A DNA stretch of 64,000 nucleotides, from positions 6,144 to 70,143 of the forward strand of contig JAADYX010000381.1 in the NCBI GenBank assembly GCA_010092885.1, in the 5' to 3' direction. Each line of letters opens with the position of its first letter. Position 1 is the first letter of the stretch. The notes under the pieces are model-generated. The model did not search any database. It worked only from the letters and a program-made list of their open reading frames with translations, and was not told the origin of the DNA. The position numbers and the translations under genes are program-made. Shown here in pieces: positions 58,501 to 64,000 of this stretch. The stretch is from Chloroflexota bacterium (GTDB lineage: Bacteria; Chloroflexota; Anaerolineae; Aggregatilineales; UBA3940).

Positions 58501-58993
58501 AAACCTGCGGCGGGCGCCGGCCCTGCTCAGCGAGGTATCCGAGATTGCGATACGCTCCATAGAGAGCGCCGCACGACGTGCCAATATTACGATTGTGACC
58601 CGCGTCGACTCACACGAGGCGCTCGTCAATATCAACAAGAGCCGGATGGTACAGGTTTTTGAGAATCTGCTCAGCAACGCAATCAAGTTTTCGCCGAGTG
58701 GCGCCACAATCGCTATTGAGATTGAGGATGGTGAGCACACTGTGGAGACCCGCGTGATCGACCGGGGTATGGGGATCCCGGAGGAGGAGCATGACCGTAT
58801 CTGGTGGCGGTTTTATCAGGTCGATGGCAGCACAACCCGTCAGTTCGGCGGGACAGGCCTGGGCCTGGCCATTGTCAAGCGAGTGGTCGAACAGCATGAC
58901 GGCCATGTCTGGGTGCGCAGCCGTCCGGGTGAGGGCAGCACCTTTGGGTTCACACTGCCTATCGCCGACAACACAGAGAATGTGCGCAATTAG
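55529..58993 (+). CDS. Cytoplasmic hybrid histidine kinase (REC-GAF-PAS-multi GAF-HisKA-HATPase)
   Basis: VDD, LDVIMP, KP; SHELRTPL; NLLSNAIKF, DRGMG, GTGLGL. Confidence 0.92.
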   Translation: MAQILVVDDEPESVDLLASWLAARDFDVLTAYSGQEALELAATHQPDLIILDVIMPVIDGIETCRRLRRDPRTHELPVLLITAHDPVEGRVAGLSAGANDFITKPVNLQDLARRIDSLLAGPQASAAQGQRLLADVVEAAIPTMPCNLAWLLEVDSNEQVLRSRAAASSRGDWATEQFLQNLEENGEIRFSLEHTEHPLINIVLNGHAEFNVALSDLRSHDHRLYRALTNLDLYYVTLLPLQVGGIPLGILLIGTREPCDVETTRGRQLLTALTSQATSVVNNVRLTRLLAERESVSQREELFRQTLLDVMSDGLLVHDKQGRIRFVNKRLTVITGYNEQQLNTMMLEDLFPTGEKNRVRRLASDAGDIRRTVAFEFRLRRADGSIREVVLTRSGSAVSQANGGEYLLVVTDTSERKAREATLVRQTHHINALSRATQMVSSSFSLDQIILTILEEARRVMRASNSLILLRDEERARISVRAVVGPKRRMLNSISLSWDEAQGVIGRVFQEGQPLVLGNEGGMVETDALAGTMTRSVAAAPLIMHEEVSGVLLVLDEEPDNFDDRDLELLQSLAHSAAVAIENDSLYDEAQRRVRELTLLLEASEAASSAFAIEEVMEKVTHQLLEALNVNYCMIAGWEHDEARLVRLVETGQHSEAAIRLRHHNDEIALAAARSTSPYVLSLEDTTRGSEVAALLTDLGIHTQVSLPVIVDRRVVGVAELYDVAKARSFSDDSLERAREAIRAWRERLPEPDRWHSPPFVNDLASRLSDASGVEWCTIMTYTDDSLTACYEEGRVIWSLDEGQFFPVHEDSVYWAALRDNIPFVIRSDDPSLTKADRALLPDLEEGVMLVAPLMSRGLAVGMVVLFDLDGERQFTMSEMSLAQTIANVTGHALENAHLFSELSHRAAQLEMAYNHLREADRLKDEVIQNVSHELRTPLTLIMGYAELLADQDMGMLSPNQMEAVEIITEKSSQLARLVEDILTVRLIESENLRRAPALLSEVSEIAIRSIESAARRANITIVTRVDSHEALVNINKSRMVQVFENLLSNAIKFSPSGATIAIEIEDGEHTVETRVIDRGMGIPEEEHDRIWWRFYQVDGSTTRQFGGTGLGLAIVKRVVEQHDGHVWVRSRPGEGSTFGFTLPIADNTENVRN

Positions 58994-59007
58994 ATAGAAC
59001 AGAAAGG

Positions 59008-59394
59008 TTGACGACTGTGCTCACTCAGATCCACATCTTTCTTTCGTCAGCTGTGCAGATCTTCTGCCTGTTGATCTTCTTCTATACGGTGTTTTTGCTG
59101 CTCGGCGGGCGTGAGATCGGTGGCGACTTCTGGGGAGCAGTGATCATCGGCTGGGGATTGATCGTGCTGCAGAGCCTGGTAGGCGTTGTCCTCGGGCTAA
59201 GCGGACAGGCTCCGGTACGTGGTGTGCACTATTTATACGGGCTGATCGCACTGATCACGTGGCCTGCAACCTTCGCCTTTACACAGGGCAAAACAGGCCG
59301 TCGCGAGGTATTCATCTGGATGTTTACCACCGCGTTCTTGTTCGGCGTTTTCTTGAGAACAGTCTTCACAGCCCTCAATGATGTGCCCTTTTGA
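59008..59394 (+). CDS. Small 4-TM membrane protein
   Basis: AGAAAGG RBS; hydrophobic; HYLYG motif. Confidence 0.7.
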   Translation: MTTVLTQIHIFLSSAVQIFCLLIFFYTVFLLLGGREIGGDFWGAVIIGWGLIVLQSLVGVVLGLSGQAPVRGVHYLYGLIALITWPATFAFTQGKTGRREVFIWMFTTAFLFGVFLRTVFTALNDVPF

Positions 59395-59400
59395 GCCCCA

Positions 59401-59429
59401 TTGACAAAGCCTCATAAACCGTATAGAGT
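59401..59429 (+). promoter_or_regulatory. Sigma70-type promoter of the ABC-2 exporter operon
   Basis: TTGACA-N17-TAGAGT. Confidence 0.7.
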
Positions 59430-59468
59430 AGAAGAACATCCAACTTCCACAGAAAGGCAGGTATCAGA

Positions 59469-59516
59469 ATGACGTATCCAACCAACAAAGTGATGTGCCT
59501 GCCTTTATCAACCTGA
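59469..59516 (+). CDS. Putative uORF/leader peptide MTYPTNKVMCLPLST
   Basis: ATG preceded by AAAGGCAGG; lies between the promoter and a terminator. Confidence 0.5.
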   Translation: MTYPTNKVMCLPLST

Positions 59517-59544
59517 AGACCATCGTTGTCAGGAGATTCTGCGT

Positions 59545-59569
59545 GGGCGCTGCGAAGCGCTCTTTTTTT
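59545..59569 (+). terminator. Intrinsic terminator inside the 5' leader of the ABC operon
   Basis: GGGCGCT-GCGA-AGCGCTC followed by TTTTTTT. Confidence 0.8.
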
Positions 59570-59588
59570 GTGCATGAGGAGATTGACC

Positions 59589-60614
59589 ATGCGTGACGAT
59601 GCAGCGATTGTTGTACAGGATGTGAACCGTATCTACAAAGTACGCGGCCCGAAGCGGCGCAGCGATCCGCAAGAGGTAACCGCGCTGGCCGACGTAAACC
59701 TGGATGTGAAACGGGGAGAGCTGTTTGGTCTGCTGGGCCCAAATGGAGCGGGCAAGACCACCCTGATCAAGATTTTGGCGACTCTGCTGCTGCCGAGCAG
59801 CGGAACTGCCCTGGTCGATGGCTTTGATGTGGTTAAGGAGCAGAAGGCCATCAGGCGGCGAATCAGTATGGTGAGCGGCGGCGAGACAAGCGGTTACGGT
59901 CTGCTGACGGTGGAAGAAAACCTGTGGATGTTTGCCCGCCTGTATGGATTGGACAATAAGACGGCCAAGGAGCGCATCGATTCCATGCTCAAGCTGATGG
60001 GATTGGCCGACCGCCGTCGTACGAAAATAGCGGACCTTTCTACGGGTCTGCGACAGAAGATGAACTTCATCCGTGGGTTCATCAGCGATCCGAGCGTGGT
60101 CTTCTTGGACGAACCGACACTCGGTTTGGATGTGGGAGCAGCACGCGACGTCCGTGCTTTTGTTGAGGAATGGATGGATGACCGGCCCGATCGCACCATG
60201 GTGTTGACCACCCACTACATGGCCGAAGCCGATGAACTGTGTGACCGGATCGCGATCATTGACCGCGGGCGGATCATCGCGTGTGACACACCGGAGAACC
60301 TGAAGCGCAGCCTTAAAGAGGAGACCGTCTTCCATCTGAAGGTGGCACCGCTTGGCAAACGCCCTGAAGCAAACGAGCACCGTATTGAAGCAGTCCATGG
60401 TGTGCGGCGGGTCTCGACAACTGAGGTCAACGGCCATACGGAAGTCACCCTCATCCTGGAGACGGAAGAAGCGTTGGCCGGGGTGATCGGTCATCTGGAG
60501 GCACGTGGATCCAACTTGCTGTCGCTGGAAAAACAGGAACCCTCCCTCGAAGATGTGTTTGTGCGGATGGTTGGGCGCAGCCTGTCCGTTGACACCTCGC
60601 AGAGGGACGAGTAG
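59589..60614 (+). CDS. ABC ATP-binding protein (DrrA-like exporter)
   Basis: GPNGAGKTT, LSTGLRQK, FLDEPT, TTHYM, PSLEDVF. Confidence 0.93.
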   Translation: MRDDAAIVVQDVNRIYKVRGPKRRSDPQEVTALADVNLDVKRGELFGLLGPNGAGKTTLIKILATLLLPSSGTALVDGFDVVKEQKAIRRRISMVSGGETSGYGLLTVEENLWMFARLYGLDNKTAKERIDSMLKLMGLADRRRTKIADLSTGLRQKMNFIRGFISDPSVVFLDEPTLGLDVGAARDVRAFVEEWMDDRPDRTMVLTTHYMAEADELCDRIAIIDRGRIIACDTPENLKRSLKEETVFHLKVAPLGKRPEANEHRIEAVHGVRRVSTTEVNGHTEVTLILETEEALAGVIGHLEARGSNLLSLEKQEPSLEDVFVRMVGRSLSVDTSQRDE

Positions 60615-60616
60615 CC

Positions 60617-61450
60617 ATGTATACCGATAACCGCGCACAAGGGTTGACGCTGTTCTGGCAGTCCATTTGGGCACGTGCCTATCCGCGCATCTTCGGCATG
60701 CTGCGGGAGCGCAGCTGGATGTTCTTTGACACGTTCCTGCCACTGCTTGGGACTCTGTCGTATGTGTTTGTATACCGGGCCATTCAGGCTCCGGAGGAGT
60801 ACATTGGGTTTGTAGTGGTAGGCGGGGCCATGACGGCTTTCTGGCTCAACATGTTGTGGAGCATGGCCAGCCAACTCTATTGGGATAAGGACATGGGGAA
60901 CCTCGAACTCTATGTGGTCAGCCCGGCGCCACTGCCCGCCATTCTGCTGGGTATGGCCATTGGTGGCTTGGTGAACACCACCATGCGGGCTACGGCGATC
61001 ATTGTCGTGTGCTCTTTGCTGTTTGCTGTTCCCTATGAGCCGGGCAGTCTCATCCTGCTGCTGATGGTCTTCATCGTGACGATGACCGCCCTATACGGAA
61101 TGGGCATGCTGTTCGCTTCGGTCTTTCTGGCCAGCGGCCGCGAGGCGTGGCATATGGCCAATCTGCTGCAGGAACCGATCTACCTGGCGAGTGGGTTCTT
61201 CTTTCCCGTCCGGGCGTTGGGCTTCTGGTTCGCGACGTTTGCTTCGATCCTGCCCCTTACTCTCGGGCTGGATGCGATGCGCCAACTGCTGTTCGCTGAC
61301 GCCGTGACTCTACGCTTTCTGCCGGTAGAGGTGGAATTGGGCCTGTTGGTGGTATCGTCCGTCGTGTTCATCTCAACAGCGATGCTCGCGCTGGCCAAGT
61401 TGGAAGAACGGGGGCGGCGTGAAGGCCGCCTCATCGAGAGACGGAGGTAG
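60617..61450 (+). CDS. ABC-2 permease
   Basis: 6 TM helices; SGFFFPV...LPLT. Confidence 0.88.
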   Translation: MYTDNRAQGLTLFWQSIWARAYPRIFGMLRERSWMFFDTFLPLLGTLSYVFVYRAIQAPEEYIGFVVVGGAMTAFWLNMLWSMASQLYWDKDMGNLELYVVSPAPLPAILLGMAIGGLVNTTMRATAIIVVCSLLFAVPYEPGSLILLLMVFIVTMTALYGMGMLFASVFLASGREAWHMANLLQEPIYLASGFFFPVRALGFWFATFASILPLTLGLDAMRQLLFADAVTLRFLPVEVELGLLVVSSVVFISTAMLALAKLEERGRREGRLIERRR

Positions 61451-61453
61451 TTG

Positions 61454-62341
61454 ATGATCACATCACGTCTGCTGGATCTGCCCCTGCTGCGCCGCAGCGA
61501 CGCATTGCGTACATTCAGCATTGCGGCGTGGTTGGGTTGGCAGATCGAGTCCAACTGGGCTGATCCGCTGTTGTTTGCGGTTTACGCAATTGCACGGCCT
61601 GTTGCCAGTGTCCTGATCTTGGTGGTGATGTACAGCGTCATCACGGAAGGGGCCACACAGGAACCGATCTTCGCTTACATCTATCTGGGCAATGCCCTGT
61701 ACATCCTGGTCAGCCAGGTGATCACGGGTACAAGCTGGGCTGTGATCGATGATCGGGAGCACTACCGCACGATGAAACAGCTGCACACGTCGCCTATGGA
61801 TGGGTACGCTTACCTGATGGGGCGTGGTGTCGCGCGCCTCATCATCGGCACGATCTCAGTGCTGATTGTGGTAGGCGTTGGCCTGATCGCCTTTGATCTG
61901 CCGCTCTATCCTCTGACAATCAATTGGGGATTGTTCCTGCTGAGCACAGTGTTGGGGATCCTCTCACTGGCTGCAATTGGGATCATGTTGGGCGGGGCGA
62001 CCATGATGATGGCGCGCCACTTCTGGTCTGTTGGTGAAGCAGTCGCCGGATCGCTGTATCTGTTTACCGGAGCCATCTTCCCGTTGGATGTGCTGCCAGC
62101 CTGGATCCGTCCGCTCGGGTTTGTGTTTCCTGTAACATACTGGCTGGAACTGGCCCGCCGGGCGCTGCTCGGCGACAATGTACCGCGATTTGAGACGCTC
62201 GCAGCCTTTAGCAATGGCCAGCTCCTCGGCATCCTTGTGTTGTTCACAATCGGCCTGCTTGGTCTGTCGATCCTCTTTTACCGGTGGGCGCTGCACCAGG
62301 CTAAAGAGCGCGGCATGATCGACCTGGAAACAAACTACTGA
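61454..62341 (+). CDS. ABC-2 permease
   Basis: 6 TM helices; TGAIFPLDVLP...PVTY. Confidence 0.88.
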   Translation: MITSRLLDLPLLRRSDALRTFSIAAWLGWQIESNWADPLLFAVYAIARPVASVLILVVMYSVITEGATQEPIFAYIYLGNALYILVSQVITGTSWAVIDDREHYRTMKQLHTSPMDGYAYLMGRGVARLIIGTISVLIVVGVGLIAFDLPLYPLTINWGLFLLSTVLGILSLAAIGIMLGGATMMMARHFWSVGEAVAGSLYLFTGAIFPLDVLPAWIRPLGFVFPVTYWLELARRALLGDNVPRFETLAAFSNGQLLGILVLFTIGLLGLSILFYRWALHQAKERGMIDLETNY

Positions 62342-63240
62342 TCCGCTTTGGGCGGTTTGTCGTCTTTCTTTTCCTTGGGCGAAGATGAGGCAGGCGCATC
62401 CTCAAGGGCTGCTGTTTTGTCTTCGTCCTTTTCGGCGACCGGTTTGTCGCTTTGCGGGGCGGCAGGCTTTTCCGCTGCTTTGCCCTTGAGCTCAGAGACC
62501 TTCTTGTCCTTCGCCAACTCCGCGGTTTTCACCGGCGGGTTGTCGGTCGCTGCCGGCTTCTCAGGCTCCTTTGATGGCTTGGCACCGACCAATGCCGCCA
62601 TGACACCCTCCTCTTTGGTGCTCTCCGGAGAAGCGTCATCGACCTTGGCTTCGTTTGGTCCGGCGATCAGGCGGATAGTGAATGACAAACGCCCCAGAGT
62701 GACCGTGTCACGGTCCTTGACTGGTTTGGCAACCCCTTTGCCGATCGGGACGGCGTTCAGCATGGTGCCGTTCGTGCTGCCCAGGTCAATAATATAGAGT
62801 TGGTTCTTGGTGGGGCGCAGCATCGCATGCCGCCGTGATACGCCCTTTTTGCCCGCACCGTATTCACGCAGATCGATATCCGGTTTGTCGTCGTTGTTGG
62901 TTCCCCGTCCGATGACCAGGTCGCCGGCAATGTCGATGCCCAAGGTACCAGTACCTGCCCCTTTAAGATCTTGGAGCTCAACACGCCACACAGGAGTCTC
63001 AGCCGGTATCTCTCCCCGCTTGAGACGTTCCGGCTTCAATGTGTATTTTTCGGCACGGGCGGCTTCCACCCCGAACGATCTCATCAGCAGACTGGGCAGC
63101 CCATAGCGCTCGCCCTCCTCGAATTTGGTGGTTGCGGAGCGGGCAAAGCTCTCATCCACCTTCTTCTGCAGCCGGGCCTCTTCCGCCTCTACCGCTGAGT
63201 CCTTCTTCTTCTGTTGCTCATCCTTCTTCTTGTCAGCCAC
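62335..63240 (-). CDS. FHA-domain protein with charged low-complexity termini
   Basis: IGR, VSRRHA, DLGSTNGT. Confidence 0.88.
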   Translation of the reverse strand: MADKKKDEQQKKKDSAVEAEEARLQKKVDESFARSATTKFEEGERYGLPSLLMRSFGVEAARAEKYTLKPERLKRGEIPAETPVWRVELQDLKGAGTGTLGIDIAGDLVIGRGTNNDDKPDIDLREYGAGKKGVSRRHAMLRPTKNQLYIIDLGSTNGTMLNAVPIGKGVAKPVKDRDTVTLGRLSFTIRLIAGPNEAKVDDASPESTKEEGVMAALVGAKPSKEPEKPAATDNPPVKTAELAKDKKVSELKGKAAEKPAAPQSDKPVAEKDEDKTAALEDAPASSSPKEKKDDKPPKADQ

Positions 63241-63373
63241 GTTCTACCTCATCATGTCTTCGATGGTACTCTATGCGCGCCATTGTAGCATAGGGACTGA
63301 TATACCACTATTAGGATTTGGTGTCTGTGTATCGATACAATAGGAACGTCTCACAACGAGTAGAAGCGCCACC

Positions 63374-64000
63374 ATGCGGATCACACACCTCTCCCTTACG
63401 AATTTCCGCAATTATGCCCGGTTGGAACTCACCATTCCACGCGGATCTGTCCTGCTGCATGGGGACAACGCACAGGGCAAAACGAGCCTGCTGGAGGCTG
63501 TCTACTATCTGGCCACCTCGCGCTCGCCGTATACGACATCCGACCGTGAATTGATCAACTGGCTGGTTGAAGAAGATCCTCTGCCATTTGCGCGGTTGGT
63601 AGCCGAGGTCGAGACGAAGGAGGATACCCGGCGCATAGAAGTGACCGTCGTCAACGAGCAGCGAGGTCGCCATCGGCGGATCGCCAAAGAGGTCCGGGTC
63701 AATGGTGTTCGGCGGCGCGTTATGGACCTGCTCGGGCAGGTTCGCGTCGTGATGTTTCTACCGCGTGACCTGTCGCTGATCGAAGGTTCGCCAAGTCTGC
63801 GCCGCCGCTATCTGAACATCACGCTTTGCCAGGCTGACCAGACCTACTGCCGCGCTGTGAGTGACTATGAAAAAACACTGCGGCAGCGCAATGCCTTACT
63901 GAGACAGTTTCAGGAACGTGGTGGGCAGGGTGACTTCTCCCAGTTCGACTTCTGGGATGAGCGTTTGGCGGAAGATGGCGCAACCATTGTGCGTGGACGG
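63374..64000 (+). CDS. recF: DNA replication/repair protein RecF (3' truncated; absent from the ORF track)
   Basis: Manual translation MRITHLSLTNFRNY...GDNAQGKTSLLEA...GSPSLRRRYL...LRQRNALL. Confidence 0.93.
   Translation, partial: MRITHLSLTNFRNYARLELTIPRGSVLLHGDNAQGKTSLLEAVYYLATSRSPYTTSDRELINWLVEEDPLPFARLVAEVETKEDTRRIEVTVVNEQRGRHRRIAKEVRVNGVRRRVMDLLGQVRVVMFLPRDLSLIEGSPSLRRRYLNITLCQADQTYCRAVSDYEKTLRQRNALLRQFQERGGQGDFSQFDFWDERLAEDGATIVRGR

Noticed and set aside
59529-60743. Long antisense ORFs (404 aa here; also 21611-22585, 43412-44365, 56440-57210)
   Set aside because: They are shadows of well-supported opposite-strand genes in GC-rich DNA and have no recognisable motifs

Overview
This is a gene-dense bacterial chromosomal segment. 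Its protein families (Pro/Thr-linker lipoproteins, FHA, GAF-rich kinase, GldAFG-like ABC, SH3/M23) suggest Chloroflexota, probably Anaerolineae; this is inference, not a database result. It encodes a YitJ-type methionine enzyme, SH3-M23 and LysM envelope proteins, kbl, two paralogous GT-C-like membrane proteins split by mazG and followed by lspA, tRNA-Ala(CGC), an MfppA/MfpsA-like osmolyte pair, surE, a small HTH gene ahead of minCDE, a GldAFG-like ABC locus, two TPR proteins, an aroH-aroF-aroA-aroE-methyltransferase-tyrS operon, a surface polysaccharide cluster, a hybrid histidine kinase, an ABC-2 exporter, an FHA protein and partial recF. I saw no CRISPR array, prophage, integrase or transposase. 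The best observations are: (1) an unannotated leader peptide with Phe, Tyr-Tyr-Tyr and Trp codons plus a terminator/antiterminator ahead of the aro-tyrS operon; (2) a second uORF/terminator leader ahead of the ABC-2 exporter; (3) a 7-blade WD40 propeller inserted inside a GldG-like protein; (4) an intact but catalytically degenerate AsnB homolog and a pseudo-receiver regulator; (5) a GT-C/lspA/Thr-rich lipoprotein operon that may couple lipoprotein processing to glycosylation. All motifs and RNA pairings were read by eye, and no searches were run.
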